DNA of 64,000 nucleotides, from positions 1 through 64,000 of IMG/VR virus record IMGVR_UViG_3300020122_000089, one strand, 5' to 3'. Position numbers and translations under genes: made by a program. The notes under the pieces are model-generated. The model did not search any database. It worked only from the letters and a program-made list of their open reading frames with translations, and had not been told where the DNA came from. Shown one piece after another: positions 19,472-28,729 of the stretch (the stretch's first letter is position 1; every line of letters begins with the position of its first letter). The stretch comes from a virus.

Positions 19472-19878
19472 GCTAACTTCTTTTGGTTTTGCCTTGCGAG
19501 CCTTTCCTCCATTTCAAGCATCAATCGCACTGCTACAACATGCGAGCATGGTGAATTTCCATTCCGGCAGTCGCACATATTACCGGCTGCATTTATACCT
19601 TCCGCCCCTTCGATGATTTCATGTGATTTTCCAGGGTCGGTATCGGGGTATGGAAAAACCTTGAATACTCGACGCCTTGTACCGCCATACATGCTATCAT
19701 CTAATCGCTCTACGCGCATTGACTGGGCGCGTTTCAATTTACGGTTATCTCTATAACGGCGCTTCTTTGTGATTTTCTTTGGACGTTTTTTGATAACGGA
19801 CGGATCGCGTGGTGGTGTTTCAATCATCGGTTTTAGATTCTGCGTTATTAACATCCTACCCCGGCGGTCTTGTTTCAT
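19468..19878 (-). CDS. SWIM Zn-finger protein
   Basis: CDC...PCSHVVAV. Confidence 0.65.
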   Translation of the reverse strand: MKQDRRGRMLITQNLKPMIETPPRDPSVIKKRPKKITKKRRYRDNRKLKRAQSMRVERLDDSMYGGTRRRVFKVFPYPDTDPGKSHEIIEGAEGINAAGNMCDCRNGNSPCSHVVAVRLMLEMEERLARQNQKKLA

Positions 19879-19881
19879 AGG

Positions 19882-20127
19882 TTAGTTTTTCTCAAATCCT
19901 CTGTATTCAACCGGTTTGTAGGTCGCTTCGATTGCTCGATGATCGGCGATGTATCTGCGGTATCTTTCTAACGCTTTACGGTCGCCAATCAGCGAGTGCT
20001 TTAACCTTGCCCTTACCTGCGTACTGCTCATTAAAGCTAAATCGGCATTGCCGACAAGATAACGGGCGGCGGATTGCCTTCCGGTGCGCTGACGCGCTGC
20101 GCGTTGATATGCGTTAGTTTTGCGCAT
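19882..20127 (-). CDS. Basic hypothetical protein
   Basis: ATG 4 nt after a palindrome copy. Confidence 0.5.
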   Translation of the reverse strand: MRKTNAYQRAARQRTGRQSAARYLVGNADLALMSSTQVRARLKHSLIGDRKALERYRRYIADHRAIEATYKPVEYRGFEKN

Positions 20128-20371
20128 TCTTTTCTTCCGGAAGAAATTCATCCGCAAGCGCCCCGATTTCAGCACAGAGCCTTATGAACCTTGCGTCTTT
20201 CGCGTCGCCTATTGTATCTCGGAGTTCTTCGCGGATTGCGAATAGGTCGGATTGTACTTTCGAGATTCTTTCGTAAACAAGAGAACCTTCCGGAGCCGCC
20301 GCACGTTGATCAGTGGGTGTTGATCTAAGCAGCTCCGGAGGGTTCTCTGCCTGTTTCGATTCGTTCATCAC
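20114..20371 (-). CDS. Hypothetical protein
   Basis: GAGGTG RBS; first gene after the promoter at 20440-20468. Confidence 0.6.
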   Translation of the reverse strand: MMNESKQAENPPELLRSTPTDQRAAAPEGSLVYERISKVQSDLFAIREELRDTIGDAKDARFIRLCAEIGALADEFLPEEKNAQN

Positions 20372-20439
20372 CCACCTCGCTTTTTACGTGCTACTCGCTG
20401 TTTCTTCCGGAAGAATCTTTCTTCCATCAAAACAATGAC

Positions 20440-20468
20440 ATTATAGCATATTCATAATGCGTTGTCAA
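20440..20468 (-). promoter_or_regulatory. Consensus sigma70 promoter for the replication operon
   Basis: TTGACA-17-TATAAT with TG extended -10. Confidence 0.88.
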
Positions 20469-20477
20469 GCACTTTTT

Positions 20478-21821
20478 TCACCAAACCTCTTCTTCGTTTT
20501 CACTATCTAGCACTCGACGCGCTGCTTCTTCTGGTGATTCAGCCGGAACTTCTGGCTGTTTGACTTTTTCTGGTTTCTTTTCCGCCGTCTTCTTCTTTTC
20601 TGTAGGGGCAGGTGGTGCTGTCGCTATGTTTTCGTTGATTGACATGAGGATATAATCGCATTGAAAACCTTCAGTGCGGAGGTCGCCATCTGTCAATCTG
20701 AGTGGGTTTGCGGCATTTGTTCCACCTACTCGAATAATACTCGATCTTGCGTTGGTGAGAAAATCTAAAAGATAGCGATGATTAACGCGGACGGTTAAGT
20801 CTTTGCCTTCAACCGAAGATTCGTCTTTCACTTTGTACCCAATGTCAATATCGCCTCTATAGTCGCCACCGTCCGATAAATTCACTGCTTCGAGATGGAG
20901 AACACCTGATGGGTCGAAGTTGAGCTTTACGCCAGATTCACCACGCCCGTCTAGCACCATTGCCGCACTAGAAATAGCCGTTCGGAGCTTTTTCATATCA
21001 ACGGCGGCGAATTTCTCGGTCTTGATTTTTTGAAATATCGTTTTCCAGTTTGGAAACGTTCCCGCAAGTAACAGGCTAGATAGGATACGCCTTCCGTCTG
21101 TGGCGAAGATATGATTCTGTCCTTTTGAAAGAGTGATTACAGAACCACCAACCGAGGCCCGCGCCATAGAAGCGATTGCGCGGAGTCCTTTTTGTGGAAT
21201 CATCACGTCCCAAGGCGTAGTAAATTCACCTGTTCGTGTGGCTACTGAAAGCCTCAATCCATCGGTGGCGACAAATCTAATGGCGGCCGGTATTGGTGGT
21301 TTCACCTCTCCGGCGTCTTTGCTGACGGTAAACTCCATATAAGCACCGGGAAGGGTTTTACCAACCACTTCGTTTATTGCATAAGTGACGCCCTCGATAA
21401 GACTGGCAAGTCCAGTTGCAGGAACCTGGCTTTTCATTGCGCCTTCTTGTAGGGTTGGCTGTTGCGGAAAATCATCGGCGGCTCTACCTGGCATTCTAAA
21501 TCGAGATGCGCCTGACGATAGGTTTAGCCAATTTTGCTGGTCGGTTGATAGGGCGACTTCGTTTCCGTCCATTGATTTTACATAATCGTAAAATCGCTTT
21601 GCGTCTACAACCGCAATGCCTTCTTCTGAAATAGACAGACCGTTATCGTCGCACGTAGTGGTGAGTGATACCTCACCGTCGGTGGCGGATAATACCACCT
21701 TTCCTTCTTCCGCCTTGATATAAACGCAAGAGAGGATAGGCGAAACGGTTTTTTGCGCAGCTATGTCTTGTAGTAATACTAATTCGCGTTGTAGTGATTC
21801 TTGGCGAATGGCTAGATTCAT
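20478..21821 (-). CDS. dnaN: DNA polymerase III beta sliding clamp
   Basis: PILS.V.I.A, LSATDGEVS, DDFP, VATDG.RLS, IP.K.L, G.FPNW, N.RYLLDFL. Confidence 0.92.
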   Translation of the reverse strand: MNLAIRQESLQRELVLLQDIAAQKTVSPILSCVYIKAEEGKVVLSATDGEVSLTTTCDDNGLSISEEGIAVVDAKRFYDYVKSMDGNEVALSTDQQNWLNLSSGASRFRMPGRAADDFPQQPTLQEGAMKSQVPATGLASLIEGVTYAINEVVGKTLPGAYMEFTVSKDAGEVKPPIPAAIRFVATDGLRLSVATRTGEFTTPWDVMIPQKGLRAIASMARASVGGSVITLSKGQNHIFATDGRRILSSLLLAGTFPNWKTIFQKIKTEKFAAVDMKKLRTAISSAAMVLDGRGESGVKLNFDPSGVLHLEAVNLSDGGDYRGDIDIGYKVKDESSVEGKDLTVRVNHRYLLDFLTNARSSIIRVGGTNAANPLRLTDGDLRTEGFQCDYILMSINENIATAPPAPTEKKKTAEKKPEKVKQPEVPAESPEEAARRVLDSENEEEVW

Positions 21822-22318
21822 TACTTATTGTTCCCCTTTCCGTCATACGCGGCGACAAATGCTCTCACCTCGCTAATCGTCAGTGACTTTTTCAGCGGCC
21901 ACGGTCGGCAACCGGAGCGCTCATCATCATCAACGGCATCAAGGTACTCTATCGCGCCCATCTTATCGCGAATCGGCTGCACGGCGAGGCGGAGGCGTTC
22001 AATCTCTGCCTGTAGCCGTAGGATTTCGTTGTAAGTTGGCGATAACGTTTCGTCGCCCATTCTTTCTCCAATAGCTGACTGGATGCGCCTGGGTAGATCG
22101 GCAAGCTGCTGCTTCAACTCGGCAATTCCATCGCGGTCGATTAGTCCTTGGGCGATTGCAATAGCGCTTTCTGGCACACCGACTGATAAGAATGTTCCGT
22201 TGCCATTGATCAAAACAATATCGTTCCGCCTATAGACATACCAAGTATCACAGTCTCGATAGCGCTTTTCATTCAACACTTCAATCGCCTGCTCGACTGT
22301 CTCAATGTGGGTGGCCAT
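21821..22318 (-). CDS. Hypothetical coiled-coil protein
   Basis: ATG 3 nt after a palindrome copy; TAATG overlap with dnaN. Confidence 0.6.
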   Translation of the reverse strand: MATHIETVEQAIEVLNEKRYRDCDTWYVYRRNDIVLINGNGTFLSVGVPESAIAIAQGLIDRDGIAELKQQLADLPRRIQSAIGERMGDETLSPTYNEILRLQAEIERLRLAVQPIRDKMGAIEYLDAVDDDERSGCRPWPLKKSLTISEVRAFVAAYDGKGNNK

Positions 22319-22339
22319 GAATTCTTCCGGAAGAAAATC

Positions 22340-22372
22340 TCCGTGGCGCCGCCTTCTATTCGGCGCCACGGA
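22340..22372 (-). terminator. Intrinsic terminator-like hairpin
   Basis: 12-bp stem TCCGTGGCGCCG/CGGCGCCACGGA followed on - strand by GATTTTCTT. Confidence 0.7.
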
Positions 22373-22393
22373 TTTAACGGAGGTCTGTGCGGC

Positions 22394-23701
22394 CTACTGC
22401 TTACCTTTTGCTTTCTTCTTGCTGCTCGCGCCAGAGGATTTCTTCCCTAACGGGAGGCTCTCGGTGCTTGCGCCGGCTAGTTTTGCCTTCTTCTCTTTCG
22501 GGGCGAGCTTTGCGGCCGCCTTCTCTCGGAACTTCTCAGGATCGAGCTTCTCTTCCATTTGCTGGCGGAGTTTTTCGCGCTCTTCTTCAAGCATCTCGTT
22601 CGCAATTGCATCTTGAACGATTGGCTCGAATTGCTCTTTCGTCAAGTTCTCGTTTGCGGCGCGCTCAAGCAGCGCCTTGCGCACGTCTTCGTTCTTGATC
22701 TTAGCGACGAGTTGTTCGATTGACTTCTCTTTTTCTTTCTCTTCGCCAACTTCTTTCTTGTACGCCTTGACGGCTTCTTTTGCCGCCTCTTTTGTCATCT
22801 TAGTAACGGGTTTGCCGTCTGTTTTGATCTGTTCAAGCATCTCGGCGCGCTTCGCTTCGTCCTTGATGCCCTTATTGAAAATCTTCTCGACTGCAACGTA
22901 GTTCTCGTGGAGCGTCTTGACCTGCTTTACGACGTCCTTAAATGCGGTCGCATCGAGCGCAACGCCCTTTTCGAGAGTTTCACGCGCCAAGTCTTCGGGC
23001 AGCCCATCGACCGCCTTTTGCTTCGCTTCGTTCATCTCGCGCTCTTCGCCCTTCGACGGGTCGATGTAGTAGGGGAATTCCTCTTCGACCGTCTGTTTAC
23101 ATTCTTCTATAAATTGAGTCTGGTTGTCCTGTTCAGGATCGAAAGCGCGGAATTTCAAATGCCAAACGGGGTATTCTTTCTTTCCGGCGTCTTCTTTCGA
23201 TTTGCCAGAAAGTTCGTGGATGCGTCCTTGAAACTCGACCACGTTCAGTCCGAGTTTAAGGGCGCGTTTGAGTTCTTTGTTGCGCTGCGGCTCTTTCAGC
23301 CCTTGCGCCCTGACGTGGTGGTTGTGCGAGAGACCTTCAACGCGCTGTTCGGCGATCTTATCGGGAAAGCCATACGACTTCGATACCGACATCAATTTCC
23401 TGCCGTAGTTCTTCTGATCGTCGGAGTAGCCAATCTCCTCGAAGAACCGGTCTACAGCATCGTCGCCGTAGAGCTCCTTATAGGCGTTCGCGGTATCGCC
23501 TACGTACCAACCCCACACCACGTTGACCTCATTCAGGCCCTTTGCAAGCTTGATGAGATTGTCACGACCGGGGTCTACGAGTTTCAAATTTCCTTCCAAG
23601 TCGGTTTTGGTTTCAAACACGATACCAACTCGCGTGTTCTCCCAGCCGGGCTGCCACAACGATTCAATGTTGTTGCGCACGGCAATAGCTTCTGTACTCA
23701 T
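22394..23701 (-). CDS. Putative DNA-binding protein (LmbU-like helical region, K/E-rich C-terminus)
   Basis: WYVGD...YG...NY....VS...R.E.LS..HH pattern; AGGAG RBS; own terminator. Confidence 0.5.
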   Translation of the reverse strand: MSTEAIAVRNNIESLWQPGWENTRVGIVFETKTDLEGNLKLVDPGRDNLIKLAKGLNEVNVVWGWYVGDTANAYKELYGDDAVDRFFEEIGYSDDQKNYGRKLMSVSKSYGFPDKIAEQRVEGLSHNHHVRAQGLKEPQRNKELKRALKLGLNVVEFQGRIHELSGKSKEDAGKKEYPVWHLKFRAFDPEQDNQTQFIEECKQTVEEEFPYYIDPSKGEEREMNEAKQKAVDGLPEDLARETLEKGVALDATAFKDVVKQVKTLHENYVAVEKIFNKGIKDEAKRAEMLEQIKTDGKPVTKMTKEAAKEAVKAYKKEVGEEKEKEKSIEQLVAKIKNEDVRKALLERAANENLTKEQFEPIVQDAIANEMLEEEREKLRQQMEEKLDPEKFREKAAAKLAPKEKKAKLAGASTESLPLGKKSSGASSKKKAKGKQ

Positions 23702-23703
23702 AA

Positions 23704-23976
23704 TTAATTCACTCCTTCTTGGTTAGATTCGATTTCTTCCGGAAGAATTCCGGTGGCGGCGAGGATGCCGTGCGCGGCGATATAATTCATCATCGCGGCC
23801 TGCTCCTCTTCTTGCTTGCGGAAGTCTGGGCGTCTGCGGCGTGGGGTTGGGGGCATTCCCTCTCTGACATGTACCATCCATGCTTCACGGTCTGGGAATG
23901 GACCGGCGCCACATTTGCAGTTGATAACGCTAAGCGACGCTTCAGATGCAGACTGTATGCCCATGTTGATCCACAT
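23704..23976 (-). CDS. Hypothetical protein (C2H2-like CKC...H)
   Basis: Directly downstream of a promoter. Confidence 0.55.
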   Translation of the reverse strand: MWINMGIQSASEASLSVINCKCGAGPFPDREAWMVHVREGMPPTPRRRRPDFRKQEEEQAAMMNYIAAHGILAATGILPEEIESNQEGVN

Positions 23977-23985
23977 GCAAAAGCG

Positions 23986-24014
23986 AGCATAGCATATTGA
24001 GGGATAGTTGTCAA
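23986..24014 (-). promoter_or_regulatory. sigma70-type promoter, near-leaderless
   Basis: TTGACA-17-TATGCT-9-ATG. Confidence 0.75.
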
Positions 24015-24016
24015 GT

Positions 24017-24047
24017 AAAAAATGCGGATAGTATTGTAACTATCCGC
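24017..24047 (-). terminator. Intrinsic terminator ending the structural operon
   Basis: GCGGATAGT/ACTATCCGC stem with T6 tract on - strand. Confidence 0.8.
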
Positions 24048-24143
24048 TACGATATTGCACTATGATAGAAGTATCACATTTTCTATCTTAAGGGCGATGT
24101 GATTCTTCCGGAAGAACTATAACCGACTGAGAAGGTGGTACCC

Positions 24144-27100
24144 CTAGAATAGTTTCTCCGTGGTTATCGTGAAGGTTACACTTCCCTGAGTCAAGGCATT
24201 CGTGTTCGCCGTCACGGTTGTCAGCCGAACGTTGATGTTCGTCGTTCCCGTCCAGCTTGGCAGGTCTCCACCCTGGACCGCCGCCGAACGTACAAGGGCG
24301 GTACCAAGATCAGCGTCGGTAAGTCCCCGCTGGATGGTCGCCGTCTTCACGTCGAACGATGCGAGATATTCCGCCCCGCCAACTGTTTTCCCTACGGTCA
24401 TCGTCGCAGCGGAAACCGCGCCGCCACTGAAGGTCTGAGTCACGTCTGCCGTGATGCCGACTAGCCGGGTCTTAGCTGGAAGGGTCGCGATTATCGAATC
24501 CGCTGTAAGCTGCGCGGCAGCGAGCGCTTGATAGGTTATGGTAACAGAATAGGTCTCTCGGCGGATCTCGCCAACATTGTTGATCGTGATCCCCGTTCCG
24601 CCGCCCGCCGTGATCTTCGGCGCACCTGCGTAGAGCGAGCCGCTGAAGGCTCCATTGCCAACCACGTCAAGCGCTTGGACGGGCGACGATGTGCCGATGC
24701 CGACAAGTCCGGTAGTTGCCGCGATAGTCAGGGCTGGGGTTGTGCCGCCATCTGAAAACAACTTAATAGGGTTGGCGTTCGTGATACCGCTTGTGAGATT
24801 GAGCCCGTTGTCGGCGCCTATAGAGAGCGCGGACTGTAGCGCGGCGGGGCTATTGAACGTCGAAGAATAAAGCGAGATATATCCGTTTAAGCTAGCATCG
24901 TTGGTGAGCAGAATGCGGCTTATAGCTGACGCGCTGTTCGACGTATTGTTTAACTGGAATAGTTTTACCCCCGCGACACTTTGAGCGGCGATGATATTAC
25001 CCCCGCTCAATACTCGTAGTGCTTCTGCTTGGCTGCCGGTTTTGAATAGGATCGCGTCCGTCGTACCGACGCCGGAGGTTGACTCTAGCGTTAATATTGA
25101 ACCCGCTCCCGCACCGCCGATATGTAGCGGCGTCGTAATGGAGGTCCCTATCGTCGGAGAGGCACTGAAGCTAGGAGCGCCCGCGTTGGCCACGAGAACG
25201 GTATTCGCTCCGCCCTGCGCCGTCGCGAGAATCGAGGTCGTTATGTTTCCGTAGAGCACGCCATTCAATGCGAATGTGCCTACGGCCGTCCCACCCTCAG
25301 CAACCGGAAGAATACTGTTCGCCGATGTTGGATTATTGTTTCGTCCGACCCATGCCGATGCTGCGATGCCCGTTGAGAAGTCGGCAACCCCAGAGCCGCT
25401 AATGTCCAAGTTGATTAGCCTGTGACCCGTGCCGCCTTGCAGAACTATGCCGAGATTGCTTTGTGCGCGGATTGTCAGGCTGTTCAGGCTCCAAGAGGCG
25501 TTATCAACCTCGATTCCAGTGGTTGCCGTTCCGGTCGTGGTCGTTGTTCCTGTCCCTGCGCCACCGATAAAAGTGTTTGAGACTGTGATGGCACCGCTAG
25601 CGCCCGCCGCGAGCTGGCCACCGCCGGTCGGAATGTGATCTTGGTGATTGTCGAGGAAGACACAGTTATCGACTACGACTCCGACACCGCCAAGGAATAT
25701 GGCGGGACCGCGCCAATTCCTGAACAACGAGTTGACAATCTGCGAACCGTCGAACGAACCATTGTTGAGCGCCATCCACAAGCCGTAAGTTGAGCCAGCG
25801 CCCACTCCACCGCCCGTGAAGATGCAGCTATCTACCCGCGCGCGTAGGCCGCCTTGTACGGCGACGCTGCTTACATTGTTTTTGACTTCGACTCGAAGTA
25901 ACGTTGAGTCCGTTCCGAGCGCAATATCGAGCCCCGTACTCGCGCCGTTGTTCGCTAGATTACCATCGACAGTAAGATCGCGGATTGAGTTTCCGACACC
26001 GACGCTCATGTCGAGCAGCACCGTACTGGTCGTTGCCTTGCGCTTGATGATCGTCGCGCCAATACCGCTGCCGACGAGATGTACGCCGGTTGGAATTTGC
26101 AGGGCGGATACGATGAACGTGCCGAATCCTACAACTACCCTTCCGCCTCCAGCCGCGACTGCTTTGGCTACCGCGCCAGTAAAAGCCGACGTGTTATCCG
26201 TTACTCCGTTGGGAATCGCGAGGACAGTAAATTCCGTCCCCCCATTATCAAACAGAGGAACCGTCAGCCGTTTTGTCGTGTTATCCCAGAAAAAATTCGC
26301 ATTGTCTTGCGCCAGCACTGGCCCGGTCGCTATGAACGGAACAGAACCCACAGTCCCGCTACCCACGCTTCCGCCGATAGCCATACCACCGCTGTTGCAG
26401 CCCGCACCCGCGCTGACGATATTCCCGTTCGCGTCGAACTTCGCGCAATCATTCGTCGCGGTCGCGCCCGTCTGCATCTGGACAATAGTCGAGTTGCCTT
26501 TCTTGCCGGTTACGTCTGTTAGATCAGTCAGGCCCCAGACTTGCTGTCCTTGCGCGAGCGCGAGCTTCCCGCCGCTCAGTCCTGCATATCCGCCCGCCGC
26601 GTTTTTGTTCGCTGCGTTCTCAGGCGTGAAGCCGAGCGCTGCTTGCTTCGCGTTGAACGTTGTATGGTCCGCTGCGCTCAGATAGCCATCCACGCTATTT
26701 GTTGCAAGGGGAATCGAGATAGTTTGTGCGATTATCCCCAGCGGCGCCGTGGCGGAGGTGACAACATTCGCCCCCAGGCCGATGGTCGGATTGCCAGCGA
26801 CACCATCCCCGTTTGCGACCGTCAGATTCGGGCTCGATCCGCTGGTGATTGATCGCGGTACAACCGTGTTCAGCGCTGTGCGTGAAAGCAGTCCGTTTGA
26901 GCCTGGATCATGGATACCCGACACCGTACCAGCAATAGCGGTGATTGCTGTCGCCATTTGTAATTGCGTCACGTAAACGTCTGGCGCAAGTGGCGGGGAG
27001 GGCGTGGAGGCTAAAACAAGATCATTCCATGTGGCGCATAATCCAATTGGCATACACCCCGAGGTGGAGACTATACTAGGCTGCACGTACAGATTTTGCA

Positions 27101-27476
27101 GGTAGGCGGTTGGCGATAATAACGCACCACTTGACGTATACCAATAGCAAGTGTAGGTTGCCGCCTTGGTTAAACTAGAGGCGTCCGTAGTGCTGTCCAG
27201 TGTAAACTGCGGGATAGTGACGGTGGTTCCGGACTGAGTGCAGACAATATCCCTATAAAACTGATTGTTGGTTGTGTTACCGCCTGGAATAAATACACCA
27301 TCTGAGGTGATGAAAGACGCAGAGGCGTATATCCTCAAATGCGGTGGATTCGTCGCGCTTGTTTGGCGGTATTGAAAGTTGCGGACCGTCTGGGCTTGAA
27401 TTGTTATCGAAGTGGCGCGAGCGGAAACGGACAGTCCTACTACTAATAGAACCAGGAGAAGGATTCGTTTGAACAT
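24144..27476 (-). CDS. Tail spike/fibre with parallel beta-helix (pectate-lyase-like) domain and N-terminal signal-peptide-like segment
   Basis: DNTSAF..A, GGG.V.V..GTF, L.GSG.GATII, IRDLTVDGN; G/T/A-rich repeats; VGIGTSSP...LDVVG. Confidence 0.8.
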   Translation of the reverse strand: MFKRILLLVLLVVGLSVSARATSITIQAQTVRNFQYRQTSATNPPHLRIYASASFITSDGVFIPGGNTTNNQFYRDIVCTQSGTTVTIPQFTLDSTTDASSLTKAATYTCYWYTSSGALLSPTAYLQNLYVQPSIVSTSGCMPIGLCATWNDLVLASTPSPPLAPDVYVTQLQMATAITAIAGTVSGIHDPGSNGLLSRTALNTVVPRSITSGSSPNLTVANGDGVAGNPTIGLGANVVTSATAPLGIIAQTISIPLATNSVDGYLSAADHTTFNAKQAALGFTPENAANKNAAGGYAGLSGGKLALAQGQQVWGLTDLTDVTGKKGNSTIVQMQTGATATNDCAKFDANGNIVSAGAGCNSGGMAIGGSVGSGTVGSVPFIATGPVLAQDNANFFWDNTTKRLTVPLFDNGGTEFTVLAIPNGVTDNTSAFTGAVAKAVAAGGGRVVVGFGTFIVSALQIPTGVHLVGSGIGATIIKRKATTSTVLLDMSVGVGNSIRDLTVDGNLANNGASTGLDIALGTDSTLLRVEVKNNVSSVAVQGGLRARVDSCIFTGGGVGAGSTYGLWMALNNGSFDGSQIVNSLFRNWRGPAIFLGGVGVVVDNCVFLDNHQDHIPTGGGQLAAGASGAITVSNTFIGGAGTGTTTTTGTATTGIEVDNASWSLNSLTIRAQSNLGIVLQGGTGHRLINLDISGSGVADFSTGIAASAWVGRNNNPTSANSILPVAEGGTAVGTFALNGVLYGNITTSILATAQGGANTVLVANAGAPSFSASPTIGTSITTPLHIGGAGAGSILTLESTSGVGTTDAILFKTGSQAEALRVLSGGNIIAAQSVAGVKLFQLNNTSNSASAISRILLTNDASLNGYISLYSSTFNSPAALQSALSIGADNGLNLTSGITNANPIKLFSDGGTTPALTIAATTGLVGIGTSSPVQALDVVGNGAFSGSLYAGAPKITAGGGTGITINNVGEIRRETYSVTITYQALAAAQLTADSIIATLPAKTRLVGITADVTQTFSGGAVSAATMTVGKTVGGAEYLASFDVKTATIQRGLTDADLGTALVRSAAVQGGDLPSWTGTTNINVRLTTVTANTNALTQGSVTFTITTEKLF

Positions 27477-27486
27477 TGCTTACCTC

Positions 27487-28347
27487 TTACAGGGGCCTTC
27501 TTCCGGAAGAATTTGCCCTATCAAGTATCAAGTCAAACAGTATTTGCGTATGGTGGCGCAATACTTTGTTTGACCGTATCAATGCAGCCCATCGCCTACC
27601 TATGATGCGGTAGAGTGTGGTAAACGCCTTTACTAACAGCGATGAATGGTTGAGTAGGTAGTTGCGTATGAGCATTTGCTCAATACCACCTTCGCCAAAT
27701 AGCTCCCCTGCAACCCAACAAATACCTGGGTTGCCGGGATTCCATGTGCTATTACCGGCGCCCATACCCGGGCCACCCATTGCTGGTATACCCATCGCCA
27801 TACCGCCTATCTGCGCGGCGGTGCCTGCAACCTGGCCGACGCGATCAAACCACCCAGGCTGTGTATTGTACTGTCCAGAGCCAAGCCTTGCGCGGGTGGC
27901 GGCATCGAGCGCGCCTAGCTGTTGATTTTCCTGCTGATTTAGAGCGCCTTGATACGTACCAGAGGCCTGGCCGTATAATTGCGGAATTGCTTGCCCGTAA
28001 GCCAATCCTTCGCCTTCTGCCATTTGACGACGGGTTTCATCTTCCAGTCCCGCCATTAACGCCGGCTGCGTACCTTGATACATAGCATTGGCGCCCATTT
28101 GATTGTTTCTGGTAAGTTCGCGCAACTGAGTGGCGTAGCGGTCGTGTATAGGGCTTAAAATTGTACCGGCTAGATTACCATAGTCGCCAGAGGACATCTG
28201 GTTAAGAATACCTTTGGCGGTTTTACCTGCCTTGCCAAGCCCTACGTTCTGGGCGTAATTTTCCAATCCGAGATAGCCGCCACCACCCGCAGACCCCGCC
28301 GCGTTCGGATTCTGGTTCCATTGTTGATGACTGAAAGCGTGGCCCAT
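27487..28347 (-). CDS. Putative DNA-ejection/pilot protein with CFI-box-like C-terminus
   Basis: G/Q/A-rich; ICWVAGELFG...R..L...LY...G...A..I. Confidence 0.6.
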   Translation of the reverse strand: MGHAFSHQQWNQNPNAAGSAGGGGYLGLENYAQNVGLGKAGKTAKGILNQMSSGDYGNLAGTILSPIHDRYATQLRELTRNNQMGANAMYQGTQPALMAGLEDETRRQMAEGEGLAYGQAIPQLYGQASGTYQGALNQQENQQLGALDAATRARLGSGQYNTQPGWFDRVGQVAGTAAQIGGMAMGIPAMGGPGMGAGNSTWNPGNPGICWVAGELFGEGGIEQMLIRNYLLNHSSLLVKAFTTLYRIIGRRWAALIRSNKVLRHHTQILFDLILDRANSSGRRPL

Positions 28348-28351
28348 AATT

Positions 28352-28729
28352 TCACCGCTCCTTTATGTATAAAACGCCTTTTGACTTTGACATTCCTAAT
28401 CTTTGCGCTATTCGCTCAGACGCTTCGGTTTCTGCTATCATTATAATACCGGGAAATATCCCGCCTTGCTGGCTGATTCTTTCTTGCATTGAATAGAGGG
28501 CATCTTCCCAGATTGTTGGGTTTGTCCTGTGGTCTGGACTGATCCATCCCGGCCCTAGATGTGGAAGCACTTCACATGAAACAAATGCTACTATTTCACC
28601 GGATTCGTTTTCTGCAACTCGGATTGAACCTACGGCAGGATGTGGAAGTGGCCAATCATGCTCGCGGAATATGTTTTCAAGTTTTTGAAATTCAGATGGA
28701 GGAAGCCATCTGAAATAGATTGCGCTCAT
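28352..28729 (-). CDS. GNAT-like protein of the virion gene cluster
   Basis: VAENESGEIVAF, WISPDHR, A.RLGM; typical position among ejection genes. Confidence 0.55.
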   Translation of the reverse strand: MSAIYFRWLPPSEFQKLENIFREHDWPLPHPAVGSIRVAENESGEIVAFVSCEVLPHLGPGWISPDHRTNPTIWEDALYSMQERISQQGGIFPGIIMIAETEASERIAQRLGMSKSKGVLYIKER

